64,000 nt of DNA from Octopus vulgaris. Its lineage: Eukaryota. The DNA lies in assembly GCA_951406725.2 (NCBI GenBank), contig OX597834.1, positions 7,812,001 to 7,876,000 of the forward strand, read 5' to 3'. The notes under the pieces are model-generated. The model was not told the origin of the DNA. It did no database searches and was given only the letters and a program-made list of their open reading frames with translations. Positions 40,475-54,326 of the stretch are shown in pieces (position 1 is the first letter of the stretch; each line of letters begins with the position of its first letter). A program made the position numbers and the translations under genes.

Positions 40475-41312
40475 AAATTTTGATACGAGGCCAGCGATTC
40501 TAAGGGAGGAAGCAAGTCAATTACATTGACCTCAGTATTCTAATGCTATTTATTTTATCAACTCCGCATTGATGAAAGGCAAAGTCGACTTCGTCAGAAT
40601 TTGAACTCAGAACGGACGAAATGCCGCTGTTTCACAGGCCTGTTAACGATTTTGTCAGCTTACCGTCTTAACGCTGGTAATTAGCGGTTTTAGATCGTCA
40701 AAAAGCCAGCAATTTTGAGGCTCCAGTACTCAGCTGGTACTTAATTTATCGACTTCCATGTGAGGAAAAGCAAAGTCGATCTCATCGAAATGTGAACTCA
40801 GATTTGAAATACGGACCAAATACGCATAAGCATCTTGCACAGCGTGCTAACGACTCTGCCAATTCGGCTTAATCATAGGTAACATAATCCTAAAGTCACA
40901 AAGCTTGACATTTTGAGAGAGGGCACTAGTGGATTACATCAACCCCAGTGTTTCACTGGTACTTAATTTATAGACCCCGAAATGAACAAAGGCAAAATCG
41001 ACCACGGAGGAATATGACCTCAGGATATAAACACAGACGGAATGTCGGTAAACATTTTCCCCAGGGTGCTAATTATTCGGCCAGTTTGCCATCTCAATGC
41101 TGGTAACAATACTAGTCTCAAAATTTTGGCACAGAGCAAGAAATTTTGAAGCTGGGTATAAGTCGATATAAGACTGGTACTTATTTAATCGACCCCAATA
41201 TAACGAGAGGCAAAGGCGCTCTCAGCGGAATTTGAACTCAAAACATAAATATGGATGAAATGTTTCAAGCATTTTGCACGACGTGCTTACGATTTTGCTA
41301 GCTCTCCATCTT
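40475..41312 (-). repeat. Tandem array of four old family B-like SINE copies
   Basis: Core gaaaggcaaagtcgac..gaatttgaactcag recurs near 40575, 40765, 40990 and 41208. Confidence 0.78.
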
Positions 41313-43364
41313 AATCATACGCAAAATAATGCTAAGTCAAAAAACGTAATCTTAGAAAATTAAGTAAAAGAAAAAATGTATCAAATACAAGTAATTGTCT
41401 AATAAAAAAAATTATTGGATGTCAAAGTATCATATGTAAAACATGTGTATCTAATGGGACAATCAGCTCATTAAAAGAAATATGTGAAGTAAGGTTTCGT
41501 TTAATTTCTAAAGAACAAATCGTTATGCGCGAAGAAAAACTCAAGAGAATATCAGAGATCTTACGTCAAACAGTATAAAGAAAATATAGCGTTGAATTGC
41601 CGATAGGATTGGCTCTTTGTAATTATAAATTGTTGTTAAAATATAAAATCTGTGAATATTGTATATAATAAATACATCTATTTTAAATAAAATGATATAT
41701 TATTGTCTTACATATGTGTTGTGAAATTACATATCTAATTATATAATATTTTATATAATTTAAACAAAAGAGAATCAAAACTCTTTGAAAATATAGGAAT
41801 TTAAAGACTAGAATAGCGAAGATATACGATTTATTTCCCCAAATTATATGAAAAATAATGCCATATACACAACAAAGTATAAGAGTGACAAACGTAAGAT
41901 AAATAAATAAACAAGTGTGTTTAAGTTGTTATAAATACGTTAAAGAAGATAAAATAAAATTTATGTTATACGACATAAGCCAGAGGGAAAGATTGTAAAC
42001 ATGGAAATAATGACAAATCAATGTCGGAGGAAGGAAGCTAGTCTAGAAAGTTAAGTCTAGAGCTTAAATACAGATCCAAGAGCTAGAATAATGTCGTAAA
42101 TCTTAAGTGAGATAGATGCCTTGCATGTATGTTTTGATTTCAGAAACGTGTTTTACATGTAATAACAGTGCATCTAGCTTTAAATCCATACCTAAACACG
42201 GCATTTTAACGAAACGATAGATGTTCTAGGTATAATCAATAAAATATGTTAGACATCCTGCATCCTACATTAAGTACAAATCCGATATATCTTTTTCGTA
42301 TACTGCATATTCTGCTCTATGGTATTTTAATGCAATGGAAGATAATAACAAATCGAGCATTACATCATTCAATTTAGGGCTGAGAATTACACGCTTGATA
42401 TAACTGAACCGACTTTTACAGCTGCCCTGAACTATGAAACTCCATTATTTTCATAAAAATACAAACATTGGCATTATAGACCATGCAAGAATATCTATTA
42501 TTGTTTGTGACAGTTCTATAATGAACGTGAAATATTCAACTATGATAATCAATGTGATTATAAGATCGGAGGGAAAATATCGAATTTGTTATGATAAATG
42601 CTTTGGACAATAAATTGATCTTTGGCATTTAGGAGTCTTCTCGATCATATAGATTCCGTAATAGCTATGATATCCTTTTAAAAAGTGAAATGAAGGTCAT
42701 TTTAACATCATCAACATTTTAAATGTCACTCTAAAGTTAGATAATTCACAGCATAAACATACACTTTACAAAACCTGCTATCTGCAATGTGTTCAAAAAT
42801 ATTTTAACTCCCCGAAATTTTGCAACAGTGTAGTGGAATGTTATCATTGATATTCTTCAATTTCATCATGTAGTGATTAAGATAGCCCTCATCCGAAATC
42901 ATTATACATAAAAATGAAACACTAATTAAATGGGAATTAACACGTACCACACATGGAAAAGAAAGGTAGAACTTGAATGATAGAATCGGCGCTTCAGAAG
43001 TTCTAAGTATTAAGCTCATGGAGAAACATCTCCCACTATATACCCACTAAAGAAATTAATATAATGAAATTTATCATTTACTTAAAATTTTCATAAGATA
43101 CGTGTAATTCTAATTTCACCATATCAACATTCGTGGCTAATTCTCAACATACTGTAAAAGGTAATTGAATCGTTATCAGCAACTCTTCCTGCGTAAGAAA
43201 TTATCAGAACTTAGCTGGTATAATGCGCCAAATTAAACCAGTGAAATATCTTTCCTACATTATTTTAATCCCTAGATTTTTACAAAAACCTTAGCACGCG
43301 CATAATGATACATCGCTATCTAAAATCTACGATAAATGCAATTTAATATATAACATATAATAGA

Positions 43365-43575
43365 GCGTTGAGCTAACAGAATTGTTAACACATGGGATAA
43401 AATGCTTATCGGCATTTCGTCCGTCTTTATTTCATATTCTGCCGAGATCGACTTTGCTTTTCATCCTTTCAAGGGTCTATAAAACTGGTACTTATTAAGT
43501 GCCAGTTGGGTACTGCGGTCAATGCAATCGACTTACCCCTTCCACAAAATTGCGGGTATTTTACCAAAATTTTAA
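43365..43575 (+). mobile_element. Old family B-like SINE
   Basis: ttctgccgagatcgactttgcttttcatcctttcaagggtc. Confidence 0.65.
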
Positions 43576-43595
43576 ACTAATATAAAACATTTCTT

Positions 43596-43745
43596 TCGGA
43601 TATGATAGCAACCTCAATTTAGAAATATCGGTAGTCGAGATTCATCCAGGTGTCAATAGTTGGTGACCACTCGGATATGATAGTAACTTCAATTTGGAAA
43701 TATCGGTAGACAAGATTCATCCAGGTGTCAATAGTTGGTGGCCAC
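43596..43745 (+). repeat. 75-bp tandem duplication (2 units)
   Basis: tcggatatgatag...gtcaatagttggtg(a/g)ccac at 43596-43670 and 43671-43745. Confidence 0.9.
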
Positions 43746-43949
43746 TCTGACATTTCTTGCAGTAGTTTGTCCAGGTACTGTCTGTGGTTCTGTGATCTTT
43801 TTCTTCTATGGTTTGTTTCGGAAAAATGTTGAAAAAGTCATAACCGATTGAAATAATTTAGTGTTCCTAATAAAATATTTTCGTAGATGGTTCTGGAGCC
43901 AATTCTTTAATGTCATGAAATTGATACTAGCATCGTTTGAACTATATGG

Positions 43950-44160
43950 GTTTCAAATTTTGTCACAAGGCCAGCAATTTAGGGGAGGGTTAAGTCGATC
44001 AGGTCATCACCAGTGATCGACAGGTACTTATTTTATCGATCCGAGAAGATGAAATGCAAAGTTTTTCGGGCTGGAATTTGAATCCAAAACATGAAGAGGG
44101 ACGATATAAAGCTAAACATTTTTTCCTGACGTAATAACGATTCTGCCATCTCACCACCTT
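43950..44160 (-). mobile_element. Old family B-like SINE
   Basis: ttcaaattttgtcacaaggccagcaattt..ggtacttattttatcgatccgag..ggaatttgaatcc. Confidence 0.65.
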
Positions 44161-44679
44161 ATCATTCGATCAATATTGACAAGCAACGTAGTGCTCACGA
44201 TGGGTAGGAGAAAATAAAGTTTGTGCATTCGAGAGGCGATACTAATAGTCAAGTCTTGCCACAGCATTTATTTCTTTTTCATTGCGAGCGATCCTTTGGG
44301 ATCTTCATGGCTCATAATGTTTTGATTTGTCTATGGAAACCATAGGAAGCAGTGATTTTCACGGTGAGATCATTAAAAGATAGAGCAGAGGAAAATGATG
44401 TCAATGCATCTGGACTAGAATATTCTAAGGATTTATGGGCATATTTGCGGGCCTCATCGACTTTATTGCACATGTGTTTCTGTTGTTGTGCACAGTTCTA
44501 TCTACGTATCTCATGTTATTTAATACTGCAAGAAGCTGGCTGATGGAAGTGACTATTTAAATATATGACTTAGCAAAGATGAATGCGATCGAATTTTCGC
44601 CCATCGAAGCACTGCGCCTGTTTTTGTTTCTTGTCCTGTTCTATCAAATACATTCTCGATAACTTTCTGGAGATTTGAA

Positions 44680-45062
44680 TTTCATGTAGAGATATTTGAT
44701 TTAGTAAGTTTCATAGAATTGCCATTGGCGTTTATACAATTAATGAAGTGAAGTGGCCCAAATGCACTACGATGAGGTGAAACCACAAATGGCACTTGTA
44801 GATTTTTAGAAACATTCCACTGATCACATTTTGGATTCTGTTTATCAAGAATCCCTTAATACACTGCTGTAGCTTACAGGCACTTCGACCTGTAAACGTT
44901 TGTCAGCAGCCTTCTCTGACCTACTCGACTGAAAGACTTCCTGAAAAAACCGCAAGTGATATATGAGCTGTAAATCTTTTGGAGAGCGTTTCAAATGTTA
45001 TCAAAGAGATGGAATCGTTGGCTAGGGTATCTCTGCTAATGCGAAAACCACATTGTGTGGAA
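44680..45062 (-). pseudogene. Highly decayed CR1/L2-type reverse transcriptase remnant
   Basis: Manual translation gives TQCGFRISRDT (QxGFR), CIKGFLINR (WIxxFLxNR) and SPHRSAFGPLHFINCINA (PQGSxLGPLLFxxYIND) in the expected order, with stops. Confidence 0.5.
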
Positions 45063-45504
45063 CTAGATTTTTCTCAAGGAAAGCTGTTATTTTTGATTGC
45101 ACCAGAAACTCGTGTGAGTTAAGAAAATGAGAAAAGTTTGTTGACATCACATCAACATTTACTGTGAAGGACATATTTCCATTCCCTTTTTAAAAGCTGG
45201 GATGAAAAACTAGTAGAAAATATGTTTAGGAATGGAACCTGAGTTCAACAAATTTCTCCACATAACTAATCCATCTGTCCATCCAATCTATCCCTCCTCC
45301 CATCCGACTGTCCGTTCATTCATTGATTCATTCGTTTATATATAATTGATTCTCTTTTTGATAAATTTCTGATAGGCGCCTTAAAAGTTATTTCTACATG
45401 AACAATTTTCTAACTTCTATTAGCATATGAAACACGTGTAATAGTGAATAAAAATACTTTCCATACATATACTTACATACACACACACGCACTCTCACAC
45501 ACGC

Positions 45505-45645
45505 GTGTATATATATGTATATACATATGTCTGTGTATAAATGCTTATTTTGAACATATATACATGCTTATATGTATGTATATATATATATGCATATATC
45601 TATGTATATATATGCGTATATATATACCTGTATATATATATACAC

Positions 45646-45680
<35 letters not shown>

Positions 45681-45872
45681 CATATATATACATACATTTA
45701 TATATATATATACATATATATATACACACATATATATATATATACAGAGAGAGAGATAGATAGATATATATATATATACATATATATGCATATATACGTA
45801 TATATATGTGTGTATTTATACACACGCATATATATGTATACACACACATACGTATATATGTGTATGTGTATG
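45505..45872. repeat. (TA)n-rich degenerate microsatellite
   Basis: Directly visible; explains the Y/I ORFs. Confidence 0.95.
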
Positions 45873-46655
45873 TACACGGACAAATGCTTCACCTACAGAT
45901 TCGTAGAATATTTGTGTCAGTGTTTGTGTCTTGCACTGACTTCTATCCAATTATCTCATTTGCCATTGTTGATTGCAGTTAATTTTTTTTTTTCTTAGGT
46001 TTCCTACGTTGTGTCTATATTGTGATCGTTCTTGTCCTCCTAAGTCATATAAGCAATTCTACATTATCTGTGTAAATAACAAAATTTGCCAAAGCAAAAC
46101 AAGACAAAACGTAGATCTCATTTGCCTGATATTTTTCTAGACTATTGTAAAATATGAATTTCGTCTAATCCTCCAAATCAATAATGAATGGAAAATGGTT
46201 TCAATAATAAAATAATATTGTACATAGTAAGACATTGATATCAATGATAATAATCCTAACAAAAATAATGATACGACTAACATCCAGTATTAGAACTACT
46301 ACTGCTGGCCTCTTACTATATGTCTTATTGATAGTAATAATCATACGTATGACTAATGTTAGTACTAGTATATTTATTACTCTTGTTGTTTGTATTTTAG
46401 TATCATAACTGTTAGTATTATGATTATGTACATGTTTTATGTAATCCTCTCACGATGTCGGTCAAACTTTTGTATACAAATTCATTTAGAGCACAGGTTA
46501 CTAATGGAGAAACGATAGTCATACTAAGAATATTCAAAGTGATAATAATGCTAAAACCTGCACTAATCGTCATCGTCATCATGATTCGCAGAAGCGGTTC
46601 AGGTAACAGTATTTATAAAATAGATGGTAAAAAAAAAAAAATCAGATTTCATTTA

Positions 46656-46699
46656 GTACGACACATGTTTCGACCCGTTTTCTGGGTCTCTGCAGAAAC
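46656..46699 (-). other. Hammerhead-like motif (family H)
   Basis: Reverse complement CTGCAGA-GACCC agaaaac GGGTC-GAAAC-ATGT-GTC-GTAC; homolog at 58915-58959. Confidence 0.55.
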
Positions 46700-46731
46700 A
46701 AATATTTTGTTTTAGATCTATTTTATTGGTA

Positions 46732-46809
<78 letters not shown>

Positions 46810-47319
46810 ATTATTATTTGTGGGAATAAAATCCAAACTAACAAGGAAAAATTTAATTTAGAAATACTAAATCAAATTTCACACAATAAAATATATATAT
46901 AAAATGTAATTTTCTAGATGGTGTAATTTAATTGTTCATTTTGAATTGATTAAAGGTGTTTTTTTTTCCAATTTTATATATATACTCCTGTATCTGGTAC
47001 TGATGATGATTTAAAGTGCAGAAGACAAAACTGCGTCTTTTCAGTGTCCCCTATTATACAATCACTCACACAACAGTTTATGTATTCTTATTTTGGCCGT
47101 CCCCTCGGCCAAATTCTTAATTCCACATACGTTAATCGTTTTCTTTCCTTAGAGATTCTTCTTTCAACTGACTGGAATAAGACCAGATGACTTTGTGTGT
47201 TTGACTCAACGAATAGCAATCCTCATTTTCCTCTGCTGAATCATCTCAGATTACACTGTTACAAATTATACCTTGATTATCGTAAGTGTGGTGCTTAGAA
47301 TTGTCGTGATGTGCTTTGC

Positions 47320-47413
<94 letters not shown>

Positions 47414-47415
47414 GC

Positions 47416-47468
<53 letters not shown>

Positions 47469-47900
47469 CATTATTTACACGCACATTAAACACACACACA
47501 CAGATTAATTAAAGTAATTAGGCAGATTCGATAAAGCTGCTTGTTGGTTAAATGACCCCTCAATGTAATATTTAGAGCTATTCTTAAGATTTATGTGAAG
47601 CAGCTATCTATTTACTTTACAAGCTTTTTTGGTGAGGGCCCAAGTTTCAGCACTATAAAAAAACTGACTCAATCGGAGAGACAAGAGACTTAGTTTTCAA
47701 TTTAAATGCCGTCTTTGAACTCTAGCTTTTATGCAGTTTGTGACAGGCGCCCCAAGCAAATACCTTCCAGCAACAAAGTCCTTTCCAATACTTTACATAG
47801 AAGCACCATTGTACTTGAATTTAGAAACGTCTTTAAGTTCTTTTCCGTCTCTTGCAAACGGGCGATTTGCTTCCTCGGGATTTTGATTGAACGTCTGATA

Positions 47901-48319
47901 TATTTCTTTACTACCCACAAGAGGCTAAACATAGAGGGGACACACAAGGACAGACAAACGGATTAAGTCGATTACATCGACCCCGGTGCATAACTGGTAC
48001 TTAATTTATCGACCCCGAAAAGATGAAAGGCAAAGTCGACCTCGGCGGAATTTGAACTCACAACGTAACGCAGACGAAATACCTATTTCTATTTCTTTAT
48101 TACCCACAAGGGGCTAAACACAGAGGGGACAAACAAGGACAGACATGGGTATTAAGTCGATTACATCGACCCCAGTGCGTAACTGGTACTTAATTTATCG
48201 ACCCCGAAAGGATGAAAGGCAAAGTCGACATCGGCGGAATTTGAACTCACAACGTAATGCAGACGAAATACCGCTAAGCATTTTGCCCGGCGTGCTAACG
48301 TTTCTGCCAACTCGCCGCC
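47901..48319 (-). mobile_element. SINE family B dimer
   Basis: Two bodies; junction (reverse complement) AAAGAAATAGAAATA|GGTATTTCGTCTG near 48070-48097. Confidence 0.88.
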
Positions 48320-48522
48320 TTGTTCAATAGCGCAAGGTAGTATCTTAGATGAATGTTGTTTCGCCCTATAATTTGTGAGTAAAATTGCTTCGACTTAATC
48401 AGTGTTGAGGATTGATGGATGGATTCTGTCTCGAATTTAATAACGCATCCGTGCAAAACCGTCTCGGTTCTGTGATCTAGATGTAGAAGTGTACCATAGA
48501 ATTTTAAATTCCTTACACATAA

Positions 48523-48681
48523 GCAGGAGTGGCTGTGTGGTAAGTAGCTTGCTAACCAACAACATGGGTCCGGGTTCAGTCCCACTACATGGCATCTTCG
48601 GCAAGTGTCTTCTGCTATAGCCCCGGGCCGACCAATGCCTTGTGAGTGGATTTGGTAGACGGAAACCGAAAGAAGCCTGTC

Positions 48682-48766
<85 letters not shown>

Positions 48767-48966
48767 TGTGTCTGTGTTTGTCCCCCTAGCATTGCTTGAC
48801 AAGCGATGCTCGTGTGTTTACGTCCCCGTCACTTAGCGGTTCGGCTAAAGAGACCGATAGAATAAGTACTGGGCTTACAAAAGAATAAGTCCCGGGGTCG
48901 ATTTGCTCGACTAAAGGCGGTGCTCCAGCATGGCCGCAGTCAAATGACTGAAACAAGCAAAAGAGT
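48523..48966 (+). mobile_element. SINE family A
   Basis: Full copy. Confidence 0.85.
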
Positions 48967-49154
48967 ATATGGAAAGATGGAAAGAAAGAGACTGTGGTAA
49001 CAATCAAATATAGATACGTTAGAAAATGGCCGTGTGCTGAGCAAGTTTTTTTTTCCCTCATTTCTATACAGTGAACACCATATAACATTATTGTATTGTT
49101 AGAATCAGTTGGAAAACGTTGCAATTAGATATAGAAATTATGCAATTTTACCCT

Positions 49155-49557
49155 TTTTTTTTACTTGTTTCAGTCATTTGACTGCGGCCATCCTGGAGCA
49201 TCGCCTTTAATCGAGCAAATCGACCCCGGGACTTATTCTTTTGTAAGCCCAATACTTATTCTATCAATCTCTTTTGCCAAACCGCTAAGTAACGGGGACA
49301 TAAACACACCAGCATCGGTTATCAAGCAATGCTAGGTGGACAAACAGACACACAAACACACACACGCATATATATATATATATATACATATATACGACGG
49401 GCTTCTTTCAGTTTCCATCTACCAAATCCACTCACAAGGCTTTGGTCGGCGCGAGGCTATAGTAGACGACACTTTCCCAAGGTGTCACGCAGTGGTACTG
49501 AACCCGGAACCATGTGGTTGGTATACAAGCTACTTACCACACACCCCCTCCAGCGCC
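49155..49557 (-). mobile_element. SINE family A with TSD
   Basis: TSD TATGCAATTTTAC at 49139-49151 and 49558-49570. Confidence 0.87.
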
Positions 49558-49908
49558 TATGCAATTTTACTTCAGAAGTGTGTAATCTGTGGCACGGAAA
49601 TAACGGTTTAGCTTGCCTGGTCACAGTGCACGCGAAGAAGAAGAAGTGAAGGCCACGACAATGAAGTGAATGACAGAAGAAATCGTTAAAGGTAGCCAGT
49701 ATTGACATCAAAACCTAAAGCTATTTTGTTACAGAAGTCATATCACCAGTTATGTTTAAGCCTACGTGATAAAACGCATAGCTTACGCTCAATTGAGATG
49801 TACCGTGAGAAAATTAATAAATGAGCTTTATGAAGCCCGTACGATGCGCAGCGTATAGTCATGTATGGGTTGTTGAAAAGCATACACACACAAACACACA
49901 CACAAACA

Positions 49909-49978
<70 letters not shown>

Positions 49979-50270
49979 CTTACATACACACGCACATATA
50001 TATACTCAACTTATTTGGTAAAAAATTAACAGAAATAAGAAGCGTGCTCAGCCTTGCATTAAATAATAATTTCCGAAATTTGAACAGAAATGCAACAAAT
50101 AAAGAAACAGAAAATTCACACAAAACACACACACACACACACACATACACACATACACACATACACATAAGGGTGGCTTGTTAGCAATATTTCAACCGAA
50201 AGGCAAAAATATATATGTATCTAAAGCGACTGCAGCCGTATTGCTTGAAATATATATATATATCTACATG

Positions 50271-50325
<55 letters not shown>

Positions 50326-50346
50326 ATATATATATATATATATATA

Positions 50347-50512
50347 GGCGCAGGAGTAGCTGTGTGTTAAGAAGCTTGCTTACCAAATACATGGTTCGGG
50401 GCACAGTCCCATACCGTGGGACCTTGGGCAAGTGTCTTCTACTATAGCCTCGGGCCGCCGACCAAAGTCCTATGAGTGGATTTGGTAGACGGAAAATGGA
50501 AGAAGCCCGTCG

Positions 50513-50551
<39 letters not shown>

Positions 50552-50665
50552 GACGGGCTTCTTTCAGTTTCCACTTAGAAAATCCTCTCAAAAGGCTTTG
50601 GCTGGCCCCAGGCTATAGTAGTGCCCAACGTGCCACACAGTGTGACAGAACCCGGAACCATGTGA
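50347..50665. mobile_element. Two inverted 5' halves of SINE family A joined through (TA)n
   Basis: Plus-strand head to gaagcccgtcgta (~50514), then (TA)n, then tacgacgggcttctttcag..acccggaaccatgtg on the minus strand. Confidence 0.75.
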
Positions 50666-50784
50666 TTGCTATGCATATGTATATCAAAGTATTTTACTCT
50701 TATCTATGTGTGTGTGTTATAATGTGTGATTGCATGTGTGTACATGTGTGTGTCTGTGTGTGCGTGAGAGAGAGAGAATGAGAG

Positions 50785-50829
<45 letters not shown>

Positions 50830-51514
50830 ATTTATCAATTTACAGAGATTGGTTAATTTCCAACCAGCAGAATGTTAACCGAGCCTGATTTTTGACTGTT
50901 AAATCTGTCAGGTCGAGCTTATAACTTTCTTCTCTAGCTCGTAGTACAAGTATTTGTTATATGAACAATGGATAAATAATTATCACCAATATATCTGCAA
51001 TATAAACAAGCGTTAATATTCCCATGAAGTGTAAGCTGCGATAGGCAATAAATGTCCCGAAATTTTATTGATGCCTGTGTATATATATATTGAGATACAC
51101 TAAGGAGTATACGTAGGCAAAATTTTGGAATTGATTACATATTTAATAACGTCAATTCGGCTTAGCACAAAACTAATGAATTTAAGCAAGCATACATGGA
51201 TAGAGCGAAATTTCCCAATGAAATGTTGCTGAAGAATACCAAAAGTCATTTTAAGTTAAATGACATTAGCTGAATTGAGAAACAAGAGCATATACACAAA
51301 TACAAACACACACATATATATACATACACAAACGCGCACTTACACACAGAGACGCGCACAAACATATGCGCACTCATACGAATATAAACACAAATGTATA
51401 CCCCGCCCCAAGTGTATATGTATATATATATATATACTACATTCTGGCACATGAAATTCACGGATGTATACCTACGAATTAAATATGTTATATATGGTAA
51501 TATTTTATCTTACA

Positions 51515-51857
<343 letters not shown>

Positions 51858-52324
51858 CAAGCCTATTCATGATTATTATTAAAATTGTCCATAGATGTTA
51901 GTTGTCATTTCCGATCTTTGAAAATCATTTATTCTTCTTAATTTATCGTGGCAGGGCAAAATGCTGGTCTCTCAGCTAAACCTATTTAAGAAATTTAAGA
52001 AATATTTGACTGTCGCTGGATATGTGGATTTGCGTATGGCTCTGTTCATAAGTATGCGTAGATATGGTTTTTCTCTTTCTTGTCTTGCACTGTATGTATG
52101 AGTTCAAGTTCTTTGTGTTTATTTTTGTCCCATGTTTTAGCATCGCATCTGGATTCCTACTGTGAACATTTGGAGAATTATATATGAAGTAAAAATGTAT
52201 TTTTACTCGATGTTTGACCAGGATATATTTATTCGTTTGCTGTTCGCTGAATTGTGAAAACGAATCCAGATTTTAGAATCACTTTCAGACTCTTCTTGTA
52301 CAAAATACTCTTCTTAGCTGACGC

Positions 52325-52855
52325 TCTTCGTCGTTTACGGCGTCTGTGGTTGTGGTTCATCCGACCAACGGAACAGCCTGCTTGTGAAATTGAAATGCAA
52401 GCGGTTGAGAACTCCACAGACATGCATACTCTTAAGTTAGTTCTCAGAGAAGTTAAGTTAAGTTAATTTTTTGGCTCAAAAAGCAAAAAGCAAGGCCATG
52501 TAGGGGGACATGGAGTTATGTACAGGGAGGGTGTTCATGAAAAGAGTTCAGGCCATTTCTGGTCAAGAGAGCCTTTGAACCGAGCGGTCGTCGGCATCTT
52601 CACTATCTCGTCCGGCAGCTTATTCCACGGGTCCGCAACCCGGACGGAGAAAGCCCCTCTCCTTCGATTGGAGAGACGCAAAATGTAACATGGGTGGCTA
52701 TTTCTATTACAAGTACAACTAATTTTAGCCAGCTGAATGGACTAAAGCAATGTGAAATAAAGTATCTTACTGAATGACACAACACGCCGCCAGGAATGGA
52801 ACTCACGACCTTACGCTCGTGAGTAGAATACCTAACTAGTAAGCCACGCGCCTTC
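52325..52855 (-). mobile_element. Old tRNA-derived SINE with a family-C-type tail, interrupted by a CR1 fragment
   Basis: Head (reverse complement) ggcgcgtggcttactagttagg..gtgagttccattcc; tail aacggaacagcctgcttgtgaaatt..actccacagaca matches family C. Confidence 0.65.
52451..52670 (-). mobile_element. CR1-clade LINE 3' end
   Basis: Translation NRRRGAFSVRVADPWNKLPDEIVKMPTTARFKGSLDQKWPELFS* (stop at 52535-52537) fits the CR1 C-terminal FSxRVxxxWNxLP..FKxxLD pattern; (TAACT)n tail. Confidence 0.82.
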
Positions 52856-53144
52856 ACACTTTCCATCTAATATCAATTTCAATTGTTGAATGATTTCCAA
52901 CAATATTTAAAATAGCTGTGGACACAGCATTCATTATAACCACCTTGAGTTCTTCGTATTCTCCCACCCACGCTTGTATATCTGGGATTGACCCTTTTTA
53001 AATAGTCGGCAACGTTTTAAAGAGAAACCGGCGGTAAAAGATGGCATTCTTCTGATAATTTTCATGGTCGATACGCGATAATAAATATCGCATAAGTAAT
53101 TTATAGCATTTGTTCATAAAGTAGGAACAATACCACGTTAAATA

Positions 53145-53620
53145 TTGGGTTGTCCGGAAAGTTCGTGCCGATTTTTAAAGGGAAGAAAAAGGTCAATAAA
53201 TACTTGCCATTACACAAGCTTTACCAGGTGCTCATGAACGAGGGATTTTGATAGGTTGAGGCTTTCTGCCAATTCTCAGGTTGTGCAATGTGGGTTATTC
53301 TCAAATAATGACTTGATTTGGTCATCATCTGTGGTGGATGGTCTGCCTGATGGCTCTTTACCAATAAGGCTACAGTCTCCAGCTCGGAACCTTGGGAACC
53401 ACTTCCGTAGAGTTTTTTCGGATAAAGAAGAATCACCGTAAACTGCGCGTATTTCTTTGGTTGCCTGTGAGGCATTTTACTCTTTACAGATAAAGAAAAG
53501 CATCAAGTGCCGAAAATGAACTTTCTTATCTTCCATTTTAAAGGGTTACAGAATTAACACATGTTGCAGGAACATAAACCTTCTTCCTCGAAAAGGAACT
53601 GTACTCTAATCGATTCTAGT
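53145..53620 (-). mobile_element. Internally deleted mariner element
   Basis: TA followed by a TTGGGTTGTCCGGAAAGTTCGTGCCGATTT TIR-like end at 53143-53174, joined to the N-terminal transposase segment. The second TIR was not seen. Confidence 0.7.
53216..53536 (-). pseudogene. Mariner transposase N-terminal (HTH) remnant
   Basis: MEDKKVHFRHLMLFF..*NASQATKEIRAVYGDSSLSEKTLRKWFPRFRAGD..SGRPSTTDDDQIKSLFENNPHCTT*ELAESLNLSKSLVHEHLVKL; two stops. Confidence 0.82.
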
Positions 53621-53714
53621 ACTTTTTTCTTCTTTAAAAACCGGTTACTTATTCAATCGAACGCTTTTATCAAAATGGTAAGTCACAAAGACGAAAACAC
53701 AGCTGCGTCGATTC

Positions 53715-53897
53715 TCAAAGCGGTGGTGGGGCCAGACGGGACTCGTTAAGTTTCTGTCTACTAAATCCACTAAACCACACTCATAAGGTTTTGGTCGGTC
53801 CGAGGCCATAGTATTCCAAGGTGCCACGCAGTCGGACTCAACCCGGAATACCGTTGTTGGGAAACAAGCTTTTTACCATGCAACCATGACTGCGCCT
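53715..53897 (-). mobile_element. Degenerate SINE family A head half
   Basis: ttggtcggtccgaggccatagt..ggtgccacgcagtcggact..tgcgcct. Confidence 0.65.
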
Positions 53898-53918
53898 ATG
53901 TTTGTATAACATTATATA

Positions 53919-54326
53919 GGCGCAGGAGTGGCTGTGTGGTAAGTAGCTTGCTAACCAACCACATGGTTCCGGGTTCAGTCTCACTGCGTGGCATCATGGG
54001 CAGGTGTCTTCTACTATAGCCCCGGGCCGACCAATGCCTTGTGAGTGGATTTGGTAGACGGAAACTGAAAGAAGCCTGTCGTATATATGTATATATATAT
54101 GAATGTGTGTGTGTGTTTGTGTGTCTGTGTTTGTCCCCTTAGCATTGCTTGACAACCGATGCTGGTGTGTTTACTTCCCCGTAACTTAGCGGTTCAGCAA
54201 AAGAGACCGATATAATAAGTACTGGCTTACAAAAGAATAAGTCCCGGGGTCGATTTGATCGACTAAAGGCGGTGCTCCAGCATGGCCGCAGTCAAATGGC
54301 TGAAACAAGTAAAAGAGTAAAAGAGT
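53919..54326 (+). mobile_element. SINE family A, full length
   Basis: GGCGCAGGAGTGGCTGTGTGG head through to a twice-repeated GTAAAAGA tail. Confidence 0.88.

Noticed and set aside
40475-41312. CRISPR-like repeat/spacer array
   Set aside because: Units are ~200-nt diverged SINE copies in eukaryotic DNA, with no identical short repeats and no cas genes.
42100-42200. VCFDFRNVF resembling the RT motif DFxKAFD
   Set aside because: A single weak motif without clear neighbouring motifs.
47886-48328. ATTGAAC / GTTCAAT inverted flanks around the B dimer as TIRs
   Set aside because: Only 7 bp, not at the element boundaries, and absent from other B copies; likely chance.
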